Assembly (NCBI GenBank): GCA_050733215.1
Contig: JBOHSN010000005.1
Coordinates: 5,322-69,321, forward strand
Source of the DNA: Gemmatimonadales bacterium
GTDB lineage: Bacteria > Gemmatimonadota > Gemmatimonadetes > Gemmatimonadales > GWC2-71-9
Reading direction: 5' to 3'
DNA: 64,000 bases
Within the stretch, counting starts at the first letter, position 1, and every line of letters starts with the position of its first letter. The translations under genes were made by a program, and so were the position numbers. A model generated the notes under the pieces. That model saw only the letters and a list, made by a program, of their open reading frames with translations, did not search any database and had not been told where the DNA came from. Shown here piece after piece: positions 10,887-19,051 of the stretch.

Positions 10887-11494
10887 CGCATCTCACCATG
10901 GACCAGCTGATCGCGCTCCGGGAGCCGGGCCTCGAGCCGGGCGATCAGGCGGCTCGTAATCACCTCGACGCCTGCGAGTCGTGCCGAGACGAGTTGGATC
11001 GGCTGCACCAGCGGGTGGCACGGCTCAAGGCGCTTCCCACTCTCCGCCCGTCGCGCGACCGATGGCCCGCCGTGCAGGCGCAGCTCGCGGCTGAGCGGCG
11101 GGCCTACCGGCTCCACCGGGCCCGCCGTATCTCCTTTGCCGGACTGGTCGCCGCCGCCTCGATCGCCGTCGCGGCGTCGCTCGGCGGGGTCAAGGGACCC
11201 AAGCCCGCGGTCGCGACGACGGAGATTTCGCGCGCGATGGAGCGCTCGCGCGCACTCGAGGAGGCGATCGACTTCTACAACCCGGACGCCCGCGTGCTCG
11301 ACGGCCGTACGGCACGGGTGGCGCAGGAGATCGAGGACCGGATCGCGGCGCTCGACCAGGAGCTGGAGTTGCTGGACGTCACCCCCGACGCGTCACGCGA
11401 GAACCGGCAGCTGCAGCTCTGGCGGGAGCGGGTGGGATTGCTGGACGCGCTGGTGGACGTCCACGTCACCCGCGCCAGCAACGTGGGGCTCTGA
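10883..11494 (+). CDS. anti-sigma factor (zf-HC2 type) with one TM helix
   Basis: Frame of ORF 10859..11494. ATG 10883 overlaps the sigma stop (ATGA). N-terminal HLDACESCRDELDRLH zinc-finger-like motif. TM helix ISFAGLVAAASIAVAASLG. Confidence 0.8.
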   Translation: MTHLTMDQLIALREPGLEPGDQAARNHLDACESCRDELDRLHQRVARLKALPTLRPSRDRWPAVQAQLAAERRAYRLHRARRISFAGLVAAASIAVAASLGGVKGPKPAVATTEISRAMERSRALEEAIDFYNPDARVLDGRTARVAQEIEDRIAALDQELELLDVTPDASRENRQLQLWRERVGLLDALVDVHVTRASNVGL

Positions 11495-11497
11495 GTC

Positions 11498-12361
11498 GTG
11501 CGCGGGTCCTTTCTGGCGGTCGCCGCGCTGGCCTCCACGCTGCCCGCTGCCCGAGCGGCGGCACAGGACCCCCGCCAGCCGGACCAGGCCGAGCTCCGGG
11601 TCGAGGCCCTCCCCGACGTCATCATCTCCCGCCGCGCCCGCCTGGGGCTCAAAGTCAACCTCCAGGCGCGCGAGAGCGACTCGATCGGTGCCTACGTGGA
11701 CCTCGTCACCCCGGGCGGGCCCGCCGCCGATGCCGGGTTGCGCGCCGGCGACGTCATCACCCGGCTCGATGGACAGGCCCTCTTCGAGTCCCCCCTCGAT
11801 CGCGGCCAGCGCGGGCGCTCCCTCCCCGGGCTCCGTCTCATCCGGCTCGCCGCCCGGCTGGAGCCCGGGGATACCGTCTCAGTGGACTACCGCCGGGGCA
11901 CCGAGCGGCGCACGACCTCCCTCGTGACCGACGCCGACCAGCTGGTGCATATGGAGGGCAGGCGGCTGCCACGGGGTCTGTCGATGGTTGTCGGCCCCGG
12001 GATGCGCGGTGTTCCGCTGTTCGAGGGCCGGCCGATCGAGCTGCCCGCGCCGGCCTTCGAGCTCTTCGTCGCGGGTGATCTCGCGGAGCTCGAGCTCGCG
12101 CCCCTCAACGCCGATCTGGGCCAGTACTTCGGCACCGAGGACGGCGTCTTGGTCATCAACGCTCCTCGGGGCTCCCGGCTGGGCGTTCGGGGCGGGGACG
12201 TCGTGCTCGCGGTGGATGGCCGGAAGCCGGACGGCCCGCTGCACCTGCTGCGGATCCTCCGGAGCTACGACGGTGGCGAGCGCTTCAAGCTGGATATCAT
12301 GCGGAACCGCAAACGGGAGAGTCTGACCGCCAGCCTGGCCGCGCCCACCGAAGAGCGCTAG
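11498..12361 (+). CDS. secreted protein with two PDZ domains and no protease domain
   Basis: 287-aa ORF with GTG start 3 nt after the anti-sigma stop. Signal peptide ..LPAARAAAQ. PDZ-like GAYVDLVTPGGPAADAGLRAGDVITRLDG and GVLVINAPRGSRLGVRGGDVVLAVDG. Confidence 0.8.
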   Translation: MRGSFLAVAALASTLPAARAAAQDPRQPDQAELRVEALPDVIISRRARLGLKVNLQARESDSIGAYVDLVTPGGPAADAGLRAGDVITRLDGQALFESPLDRGQRGRSLPGLRLIRLAARLEPGDTVSVDYRRGTERRTTSLVTDADQLVHMEGRRLPRGLSMVVGPGMRGVPLFEGRPIELPAPAFELFVAGDLAELELAPLNADLGQYFGTEDGVLVINAPRGSRLGVRGGDVVLAVDGRKPDGPLHLLRILRSYDGGERFKLDIMRNRKRESLTASLAAPTEER

Positions 12362-12436
12362 TCCCGCCGTGTGCGCCCGCTCACAGAGGGCGCCGCATGG
12401 GCGATCTATATCTCTGGTCCACCCCCCGGAGGGCTT

Positions 12437-12703
12437 ATGGACTTCCTGTGGACCTTGATCATCGGCTTGATCGTTGGCGCCATCGCCAAGCTGCTCATGC
12501 CGGGCCGCGACCCGGGCGGCTTCATCGTGACCATGCTGTTGGGCGTAGCGGGTGCGCTGCTAGCGGGTTTCCTCGGCCGCGCCATGGGTTGGTACGACAA
12601 CCCGGGCTCGGGTCCCGGAATCATCGCGTCCGTTCTCGGCGCCATGCTGTTGCTGTTCCTCTACCGGCTCTTCGTCGGGCGGCGCCGGACCACAGTACCC
12701 TGA
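12437..12703 (+). CDS. GlsB/YeaQ/YmgE-family (transglycosylase-associated) small stress membrane protein
   Basis: Frame of ORF 12371..12703. ATG 12437 has GGAGGG upstream. MDFLWTLIIGLIVGAIAKLLMPGRDPGGFIVTMLLGVAGALLAGFLG. Confidence 0.85.
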   Translation: MDFLWTLIIGLIVGAIAKLLMPGRDPGGFIVTMLLGVAGALLAGFLGRAMGWYDNPGSGPGIIASVLGAMLLLFLYRLFVGRRRTTVP

Positions 12704-12704
12704 A

Positions 12705-12780
12705 GTGTGAGTGCGAGTGTGAGTGACGAGGGGCGCCTGAGTCACCCCTCACACTCACACTCACACTCACACTCACACTC
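12705..12780. repeat. tandem-repeat-armed palindrome E: about 3.5 x GTGTGA, core hairpin, 5 x ACACTC (hexamers); stop to stop
   Basis: gtgtga gtgcga gtgtga gtga (12705-12726). Core cGAGGGGcgcctgagtcaCCCCTC. Then acactc x5 (12751-12780). Flanked by the TGA at 12701-12703 and the convergent stop at 12782-12784. Confidence 0.95.
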
Positions 12781-12781
12781 C

Positions 12782-14497
12782 TCAAGCAGGAACCAGCCGG
12801 GCCCGCTCCGCCCGCCCGGGATGCACCTGCCGGGCCAGCTCCGCGAACTGCTCGGGGTTGAGGCTCTGGTACCCGTCGCTCAGCGCCTTCGACGGGTCGG
12901 GGTGCACTTCGACGATCAGGCCGCACGCCCCCGCGGCGAGCGCGCCGGCACTCAGGGGAATCACCAGCGACGCCACCCCCGCCGCATGGCTCGGGTCCAC
13001 CACCACCGGCAAGTGGGTGCGCTCGCGCACCAGCGCGACCGCGTTCAGGTCCAGTGTGTGCCGCGTCGCCCGCTCGAACGTCCGGATGCCGCGCTCGCAG
13101 AGCACCACGTTTGGGTTGCCTTCCGCCAGCACGTACTCCGCTGCCATAAGCCACTCTTCGACCGTGGCTCCCGCGCCCCGCTTGAGCAGGATCGGCTTGC
13201 CGCTCCGGCTCGCCGCGCGCAACAGCGAGAAGTTCTGCATGTTGCGCGCGCCGATCTGGAGCATGTCGGCGAAATGCGCCACGAGCGGCACTTCCTCCCA
13301 GCTCAGCACCTCGGTCACCACCGGCAGGCCGGTGCGCTCGCGGGCGATGGCCAGATAGCGTAGCCCCTTCACACCGAGACCCTGGAAATCGTACGGCGAC
13401 GTGCGCGGCTTGTACGCGCCGCCACGGAGCATGTCGCCGCCCGAGCCCGCCACGACCTGCGCGGTCTCGAGGATCATCGCCTCGCTTTCCACCGAGCAGG
13501 GGCCGCCGATGAGTACCGGCTCCGAGCCCCCGAACCGGAGCCGGCCGACCTCCACCACCGTGCCCTCCGGCCTGCGGCGCCGGTCCACCAGCGGGACCTC
13601 CGGCTTCTTCATGTGATGCGCCGGCGTGGGGATGGGCGCGGCGAACCGGAGTGCGCCATCGGGCGACGCCTCGTACGTCCCCAGGATCACGAGCTCCGCT
13701 GCGAGCGCTTCGATCTCCTCCAGCGCTTCGGCCACGCGCGGGTCCGTGGCCGAACCGGCGACGTCCACGTAGAACCGATAGGTCCATGGCCTGGAGCGCT
13801 CGGGCCGGGATTGCAGGGCCATGACGTTGACTCCTCGCGCGCCGAACGCCTGCAGGGTGAGCGCGAGGCTCCCGGGCTTGTGGTCCACGCAGACGATGAG
13901 CGAGGTCTTGAACGGCTGCGCCGCGTCCTGCGGGGGTGCATCGTCCGCCCGTGCGAAGGCGAGGAAACGCGTCTGGTTGGTCGGGTCGTCCTCGATGCGC
14001 TCGGCCAGCGGCACCAGGCCGTACGCGTCGGCCGCGTGGCGCGAGGCGATCGCCACGAACGCCGGATTGCCCTCGCGCGCCACGATCTCGACGCTTCCCG
14101 CCGTGTCCCACGCGCTGACCAGCTCCGCTTCCGGCAGGTGCTTGCCGAGCCAGACGCGACACTGCCCGAGCGCCACCGGGTGCGAGAGTACCCGGCGGAC
14201 CTGTTCCAGCGTCGCGCCCGGCAGTCCGATGAGCGTGTGATGCACCGGTAGGAGGATCTCGTGCGTGAGCTGAAGGCGCCCGTCGCCGAACGCCTCGTGC
14301 AACAAATCGTACGTGGTGGTCACCGAGCCGATGAGCGAGTTCTCGATGGGGAGAATGCCGGCGTCGGCACTCGCTTCCCGGACCGCCGTGACCACGTCCT
14401 GCACGTCCCGGCAGGGGACCGCCTCGAGCTCGGGCCACCGGCAACGGGCGGCGGCTTCGCTGAAGGAGCCAACGGCTCCCTGGATGGCTACGCGCAT
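12782..14497 (-). CDS. fusion protein: prephenate dehydratase (PDT + ACT) with 3-deoxy-7-phosphoheptulonate (DAHP) synthase, class I-beta
   Basis: ORF 12782..14527; start set at ATG 14497 ([16 protein letters not shown]..). N-terminal half: [12 protein letters not shown], then the ACT region [22 protein letters not shown]-terminal half: [41 protein letters not shown], a KDO8PS/DAHPS I-beta barrel. Confidence 0.9.
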   Translation of the reverse strand: MRVAIQGAVGSFSEAAARCRWPELEAVPCRDVQDVVTAVREASADAGILPIENSLIGSVTTTYDLLHEAFGDGRLQLTHEILLPVHHTLIGLPGATLEQVRRVLSHPVALGQCRVWLGKHLPEAELVSAWDTAGSVEIVAREGNPAFVAIASRHAADAYGLVPLAERIEDDPTNQTRFLAFARADDAPPQDAAQPFKTSLIVCVDHKPGSLALTLQAFGARGVNVMALQSRPERSRPWTYRFYVDVAGSATDPRVAEALEEIEALAAELVILGTYEASPDGALRFAAPIPTPAHHMKKPEVPLVDRRRRPEGTVVEVGRLRFGGSEPVLIGGPCSVESEAMILETAQVVAGSGGDMLRGGAYKPRTSPYDFQGLGVKGLRYLAIARERTGLPVVTEVLSWEEVPLVAHFADMLQIGARNMQNFSLLRAASRSGKPILLKRGAGATVEEWLMAAEYVLAEGNPNVVLCERGIRTFERATRHTLDLNAVALVRERTHLPVVVDPSHAAGVASLVIPLSAGALAAGACGLIVEVHPDPSKALSDGYQSLNPEQFAELARQVHPGRAERARLVPA

Positions 14498-14520
14498 ACG
14501 GGTGTCTGCTCCGCGATGGT

Positions 14521-14562
14521 GAACCAAACACGACGCCCCGCCGGAAGGCCGGCGGGGCGTCG
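14521..14562 (-). terminator. intrinsic terminator/attenuator hairpin in the leader of the PDT-DAHPS gene
   Basis: Perfect 14-bp stem CGACGCCCCGCCGG / CCGGCGGGGCGTCG (14531-14544 and 14549-14562) with a 4-nt loop. On the minus-strand RNA it is followed by UGUUUGGUUC. It sits 34 nt upstream of ATG 14497, just 5' of the GGAG ribosome-binding site. Confidence 0.65.
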
Positions 14563-14583
14563 AAGGGTCCGTTCTCGAGTGGG

Positions 14584-14673
14584 CTAGCGCGCGCTACCAC
14601 CGGAACCGGACGGCCGTCGAGCCGCGCCGGGACAGGCAAAGTAGAAGAACCAGTAGCAGCGGGTGCCTTGCAT
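14584..14673 (-). CDS. 29-codon leader peptide with six consecutive aromatic codons ([29 protein letters not shown])
   Basis: Translated codon by codon from ATG (14671-14673) to TAG (14584-14586). TAC TGG TTC TTC TAC TTT occupy 14638-14655. Located between a candidate promoter and the terminator hairpin. Below the ORF-track length cutoff. Confidence 0.6.
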   Translation of the reverse strand: MQGTRCYWFFYFACPGAARRPSGSGGSAR

Positions 14674-14681
14674 CGTTTGAG

Positions 14682-14710
14682 AGTCTACCCCGCGGCGGAG
14701 ACGGCGTCAA
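14682..14710 (-). promoter_or_regulatory. candidate sigma70-type promoter driving the aromatic leader (near-leaderless)
   Basis: On the minus strand: TTGACG (14710-14705), a 17-nt spacer, TAGACT (14687-14682). The leader ATG begins 8 nt after the -10 hexamer, so the leader ORF would be translated from a leaderless or near-leaderless 5' end. Confidence 0.45.
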
Positions 14711-14786
14711 GCAGGAGCGGCGGCGCGGGCACCCATCCGCCTATCTTTGAACATCATCGGCACCATCCCGTCTCACGGAGCAGCGC

Positions 14787-15797
14787 TTGCCAACGCCAAC
14801 TGCCAGTCGCTCGGCGCGTCGACGATTGCGTTCCGGAGCCGCCCGGTGGCGGCTCGCGCTCGGTCTCCTGCTTGGATGTCCCTCGGCGGGCGCCGGCCAG
14901 GGGCTCCCGGCATGGGCCCCCATCAATCCGGCTGCCGCGAGTCGCAGCGCGCTCGGGTTCCAGCCGTATGTGGATCCCGCACCCGGCCGCTGGCGTGCCA
15001 GCATCCGCCTCGATTACGGAAGCGCCATCGAGTACAACCTTCCGTTCCCGCAGCCGAGCTGGCTGCTCGATGCGGAGCTGATGCGGCTCGAGCTCGGCGT
15101 GGTGCGAGATCTGGGCTCGCGCACGTTCGCCATCGCCGAGCTGCCGGTCCTGGGAGCCTACGATGGGTTCCTCGACGGCTTCCTGGAGTGGTACCACGAC
15201 CTCTTCGGCATCGCGATGCCCGAGCGCGACGCCCGGCCCCGCAATGCGTTCGCGTACGACCTGACCGCGCCGTCGGGCACCCGCGTGGTCCGCGACCGCT
15301 CCGGGCTCTTCCTCGGCGACCTCAGACTCGGCGTCGGCTACCGCTTCAACTCGGTGCTCCAGACGGTCGGATCCGTCACGCTGCCGACCAGCATCGGTCC
15401 GGACGGCTACGGCCGCGGCACGGTCTCGGTGAACGCGGTGACGACGCTTCGCGCGCCGTTCTCGTCCCGCTTCATCTACGAGGGCAGCCTCGGCGTGGGC
15501 TTCACGCCGAGCGAAGGAGCGCTCGCCGACTTCCACCGGGAGCTCTTCCTGTCGGCGACGTCGGGATTGCGGTTCCGTTTCTGGGGCCGGCAGTCCCTGT
15601 TCGCCAACTTCTTCTATCACTCGCCGTACTACGACGACGTGATGCTGCCGGCGCTGGACCAGCACGACCTGGCCCTGGATTTCGGGTGGATTCTCGCCAC
15701 CCGCGGCGGGCGCGAGTGGCGCATCGGTATGGTGGAAGATCTGGAGCCGAGCGGGCCCGGCATCGATCTGGTGTTCCGGCTGGGGGCCACCTTCTAA
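14787..15797 (+). CDS. DUF3187-like outer-membrane protein (hypothetical)
   Basis: 336-aa ORF with a TTG start. An alternative TTG at 14826 gives MRSGAARWRLALGLLLGC.. signal/lipobox. The sequence is rich in alternating beta-strand patterns and ends ..LVFRLGATF. The family assignment is from memory of DUF3187 sequences and is tentative. Confidence 0.6.
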   Translation: MPTPTASRSARRRLRSGAARWRLALGLLLGCPSAGAGQGLPAWAPINPAAASRSALGFQPYVDPAPGRWRASIRLDYGSAIEYNLPFPQPSWLLDAELMRLELGVVRDLGSRTFAIAELPVLGAYDGFLDGFLEWYHDLFGIAMPERDARPRNAFAYDLTAPSGTRVVRDRSGLFLGDLRLGVGYRFNSVLQTVGSVTLPTSIGPDGYGRGTVSVNAVTTLRAPFSSRFIYEGSLGVGFTPSEGALADFHRELFLSATSGLRFRFWGRQSLFANFFYHSPYYDDVMLPALDQHDLALDFGWILATRGGREWRIGMVEDLEPSGPGIDLVFRLGATF

Positions 15798-15798
15798 T

Positions 15799-15822
15799 GC
15801 GAGTGCGGGTGTGAGTGGGAGT
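15799..15822. repeat. one-armed hexamer array (GCGAGT GCGGGT GTGAGT GGGAGT)
   Basis: Four GNGRGT units directly after the TAA at 15795-15797, between convergent genes. No inverted partner before the yggX stop at 15839. Confidence 0.8.
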
Positions 15823-15838
15823 GGCGCCGTCGCACCGG

Positions 15839-16081
15839 TCATCGCTCCGCGGCGGGTTGGAAGAGGAATTGCTCCATCTGCTTGAATAGAAAGTCCTTCG
15901 CCTGCGGGTCGCGAAGGTTCAGTGCGTAGTGGTTGATGAGCTGTTGCTGGGTGCGGAGCCACTCGCTCCAGCACACGGTGCAGATCTCCGAAAAGGCGCG
16001 GCGTCCGAGCTCGTTGGCAAACGGCTGGAACGCCATGCGGTCTCGCTCGTGTTGGCAGCGGACGCAGTGCACGGTGGCCAT
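15839..16081 (-). CDS. yggX: Fe(2+)-trafficking / oxidative-damage protection protein YggX
   Basis: C-terminal 80 codons of ORF 15839..16336, starting at ATG 16081: MATVHCVRCQHERDRMAFQPFANELGRRAFSEICTVCWSEWLRTQQQLINHYALNLRDPQAKDFL. The upstream part of the ORF is Arg/Pro/Gly junk. Confidence 0.85.
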   Translation of the reverse strand: MATVHCVRCQHERDRMAFQPFANELGRRAFSEICTVCWSEWLRTQQQLINHYALNLRDPQAKDFLFKQMEQFLFQPAAER

Positions 16082-16152
16082 GGCGGAATCATAGCGCGGG
16101 CCGCGGCCCTGTGACAGCGCGCACCGCACTACCGTCTCCGGGGGTATAACGC

Positions 16153-16449
16153 TCAAGGCAGTAGCTGTCGCTGACTCCAATCGGCGCGGTCCAGGGCTCG
16201 CACGCCACTTGCGGTCCCCATGCCGGTACCCAGTGCGACCGCGGCGACGAACATGGTGCCGAGCGGCACGAGCGGCAGCAGGGTCAGGGGGAGAGCCAGC
16301 AGCGCGGCGGCGGCCCCGGCAATCCAGGGCGCCCAAGGCGACCGTACGGCATCGACGAAGCGCAGCCGCCGGCGGACGAAGTCACGAGCAATCCGATAAC
16401 CACCGTAACCGGCGGCTATACTGAGAACGAGAGCGAGCGTTGCGTACAT
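16153..16449 (-). CDS. small hypothetical membrane protein (3 predicted TM helices)
   Basis: 98-aa ORF: MYATLALVLSIAAGYGGYRIARDF..WIAGAAAALLALPLTLLPLVPLGTMFVAAVALGTGMG. Hydrophobic periodicity. No family recognised. Confidence 0.55.
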   Translation of the reverse strand: MYATLALVLSIAAGYGGYRIARDFVRRRLRFVDAVRSPWAPWIAGAAAALLALPLTLLPLVPLGTMFVAAVALGTGMGTASGVRALDRADWSQRQLLP

Positions 16450-16542
16450 GAGCGGGCTCGGTGACAGGGTTGAACGGGCACGTTACAGTACGGAACATAC
16501 TGCCGAAAGATTCAGACACCTGTGGACCCACGGAGGCCTGCC

Positions 16543-16962
16543 ATGCCCAAGCATCCGGTCGTCCAGGTACCCGATATCGGACCGATGGACCACGCGTGGG
16601 ACCTGCTCGGTGAATGGCGGACCGAGCTGGATCTTCCGAACGGCGAGGACACGTTGCACGGGACCGTCAATTTCCGGACGTGGGCGAATGCGGAGCTGGC
16701 GTTCGACCCGCTCGAGGCGGCGATGGCCGGCATCCCGGCGAGCGTACCGCTGGAGCGGGCCAGCGACATCCACCTGACGGATGCGGGCGGCGGGGCGTTG
16801 CAGTGGGTGCTGGTCGCGCCGTCGTGCAACTGGTCGCTCCAGGCCACGATGTGGCCCGGCTCGCTGCACCTGTTCGTGCACGACGTGGAGGACGACGACG
16901 AGGAGCTCTACCGCGCCCGGGCGACGCGCACGGCGGAGTACTACGCGAGGAAATACCCTTGA
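16543..16962 (+). CDS. hypothetical protein
   Basis: Frame of ORF 16522..16962. ATG 16543 has GGAGG 6 nt upstream. GC3-rich codon usage. No family recognised. Confidence 0.55.
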   Translation: MPKHPVVQVPDIGPMDHAWDLLGEWRTELDLPNGEDTLHGTVNFRTWANAELAFDPLEAAMAGIPASVPLERASDIHLTDAGGGALQWVLVAPSCNWSLQATMWPGSLHLFVHDVEDDDEELYRARATRTAEYYARKYP

Positions 16963-16963
16963 C

Positions 16964-17019
16964 GAGTGTGAGTGTGAGTGTCCTCGCACTCGCACTCGCA
17001 CTCGCACTCGCACTCACAG
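16964..17019. repeat. tandem-repeat-armed palindrome G: 3 x GAGTGT, CC, 5 x TCGCAC + TCACAG (hexamers); stop to stop
   Basis: gagtgt x3 (16964-16981), cc, tcgcac x5, tcacag (16984-17019). The arms pair through G-U (GAGTGT with GCACTC). Bounded by the TGA at 16960-16962 and the fabH TAG at 17020-17022. Confidence 0.95.
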
Positions 17020-18015
17020 CTACCAGCGCAACGCCGCACTGCCCCAGAGGAAGCCGCTGCCGAACGCCGTGAGGACCACCAGATCGCCGGGGTGCACCCG
17101 CCCCGCGCGCACGCATTCGTCCAGCGCGATCGGAATGGTGGCGGCGGTGGTGTTGCCGTAGCGCTCGATGTTGTTGTACACCTGGTCGTCCCGGAGGCCC
17201 AGGCCGCGCTGGATCATCTCGGAGATCCGCTGGTTGGCCTGGTGCGCCACGAGCAATCCCACCTCCTCCAGCCGCTCGCCTGCGGCGGCGAGCACCGCCC
17301 GCACCGATTCGGGCATCCGCGCCACGGCGTGGCGAAACACTTCCTTGCCGTCCATCTCGAGATAGTGGCGACCGGCGTCGAGGTGTTGCCGGCTGATGCG
17401 CGGATGGTACATCGAGCCCGGCGCATCAACCCAGAGCTTCTCCGCGTATTCACCGTCGGAGTGGAGGTCGAACGCGAGAATGCCGCGTCCCGGCTCGTCG
17501 GTCGGCGAGAGCACCACGGCGCCCGCGCCGTCCGCGAAGAGGACCGCGGTGTTCCGGCCTCGCGTGCTCACGTCCATCCCGGTGGACTGGATCTCGCCTC
17601 CCACGACGAGCACCCGCCGGTAGGAGCCCGTGCGCACCCACGCGTCGGCCACGGACAGCGCGTACACGAAGCCGCTGCACTGGGTGCGGACATCCAGGGC
17701 CGGGATCTGCCGGCAGCCCAGCAGCCGCTGGAGGTACACGCCGTTGCCCGGGGCGAAGTGATCCGGCGTGGACGTGGCGAATACGATGGCGTCGAGGTCG
17801 GACGGCTGGAGCTCGGCGGCCTCCATCGCCTTGAGCGCGGCGCGGCAGCCCAGCGCCGCGCCGGTGTCCCCCTCCCGTGCCCATCGCCGCTCGGCGATGC
17901 CCGTGCGGGCACGGATCCATTCGTCGCTCGTGTCCATCAGCGCCGAGAGATCGTGATTGGTGACGATGCGGTCGGGCACGGCGAACCCGGTGCCCAGGAT
18001 GCGTGTGCGCGGCAT
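17020..18015 (-). CDS. fabH: 3-oxoacyl-[ACP] synthase III
   Basis: ORF 17020..18183; start set at ATG 18015 (MPRTRILGTGFAVPDRIVTNHDL). Active-site context TQCSGFVYAL, HQANQRI, GNTTAATIPIAL. Confidence 0.92.
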   Translation of the reverse strand: MPRTRILGTGFAVPDRIVTNHDLSALMDTSDEWIRARTGIAERRWAREGDTGAALGCRAALKAMEAAELQPSDLDAIVFATSTPDHFAPGNGVYLQRLLGCRQIPALDVRTQCSGFVYALSVADAWVRTGSYRRVLVVGGEIQSTGMDVSTRGRNTAVLFADGAGAVVLSPTDEPGRGILAFDLHSDGEYAEKLWVDAPGSMYHPRISRQHLDAGRHYLEMDGKEVFRHAVARMPESVRAVLAAAGERLEEVGLLVAHQANQRISEMIQRGLGLRDDQVYNNIERYGNTTAATIPIALDECVRAGRVHPGDLVVLTAFGSGFLWGSAALRW

Positions 18016-18080
18016 GTAACTCCGGGGAAGGCGGTCCGTAGAGAGGACCGATATTGTCTCCCGGAACAGGAGTTTGGCAA

Positions 18081-18812
18081 GTGAGCCCAATCGTGAGATC
18101 CAGCCTTGGACCGACGCTCGTCTCCGCCGCGCTCGCCCTTGGGGCAACCGGCGCGGCGTGCGCCCAGTCGGGCCGCGTAGCATCCGCCGATTCCGCGCTT
18201 CCGCCGGCGCGGCGTCCGGTGGCCGGCATCGCCTCGACAGCCTGGGACACCGAGGTCCGCCGCGACCGCGTGGGAGAGGCGGACCGGGTGTTCACATTGC
18301 TTGCGCTCGCGCCGGGCACCCGCGTCGCCGACATCGGGGCCGGGGCAGGTTACTACACCACGCGACTCGCCCGGCGGCTCGGATCCGGGGCCACGGTATA
18401 CGCCGAGGATATCCACCAGACGATCCTTGATACGCTCGCCGCGCGGCTGGCGCGCGAGCGCATCGCCGGCGTGACGCTGATGCTCGGGGAGCCGGACGAC
18501 CCGAAGCTGCCCCCGGCGTCCGTGGACCTGGCCCTGCTCTCCCATATGTACCACGAGATCGCCCGGCCCTACGATTTCCTGTTCAACCTGCATCCCGCGC
18601 TCGCGCCCGGGGCAAGGGTCGCCGTCATCGATTCGGACCGCCCCACGGAGTCCCACGGCACGCCGCCGGCGCTGCTCCGCTGCGAGATGGCGGCGCTGGG
18701 GTACCGTGAGGTCTCGTTCGACAAGCTCGAGCCCGCCGAGGGGTACCTCGCCGTCTTTGCGGCGCCGGACACCTTGCCCCGCCCGGCCGCCGTGGTGGCC
18801 TGCACGTCGTGA
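18081..18812 (+). CDS. class I SAM-dependent methyltransferase with N-terminal signal sequence
   Basis: Frame of ORF 18054..18812. GTG 18081 has AGGAG 8 nt upstream. SAM motif I VADIGAGAGYYTTRLA. The start is uncertain (18054 or 18081). Confidence 0.8.
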   Translation: MSPIVRSSLGPTLVSAALALGATGAACAQSGRVASADSALPPARRPVAGIASTAWDTEVRRDRVGEADRVFTLLALAPGTRVADIGAGAGYYTTRLARRLGSGATVYAEDIHQTILDTLAARLARERIAGVTLMLGEPDDPKLPPASVDLALLSHMYHEIARPYDFLFNLHPALAPGARVAVIDSDRPTESHGTPPALLRCEMAALGYREVSFDKLEPAEGYLAVFAAPDTLPRPAAVVACTS

Positions 18813-19051
18813 CCTCCGGCGACGCCGATTTCCTCGACGAAGAGTTTCCGCTCGGCGACGGCACGGCGGAGACCGGCGCGATGGTCGTCTGCCCCTACTG
18901 CGGCGAGGCGGTGGAGATCGCGCTCGATCCTGGCGGCGGGGCAGCGCAGAAGTACGTGGAGGATTGCGAGGTCTGCTGCCGTCCCTGGCGGGTGATCGTG
19001 CGGTACGCCGCGGACGGCTCGGCCGAGGTACTGGTCGACTCAGCGGAGTGA
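18809..19051 (+). CDS. CPXCG-motif cysteine-rich small protein (zinc-ribbon-like)
   Basis: 80-aa ORF: ..[37 protein letters not shown]. 4-nt overlap with the methyltransferase stop. Confidence 0.75.
   Translation: MTSGDADFLDEEFPLGDGTAETGAMVVCPYCGEAVEIALDPGGGAAQKYVEDCEVCCRPWRVIVRYAADGSAEVLVDSAE

Noticed and set aside
12621-14639. 672-aa ORF overlapping the PDT-DAHPS gene on the same strand in another frame
   Set aside because: Off-frame with a clearly homologous gene. Its composition is Arg/Gly/Pro/Ala junk.
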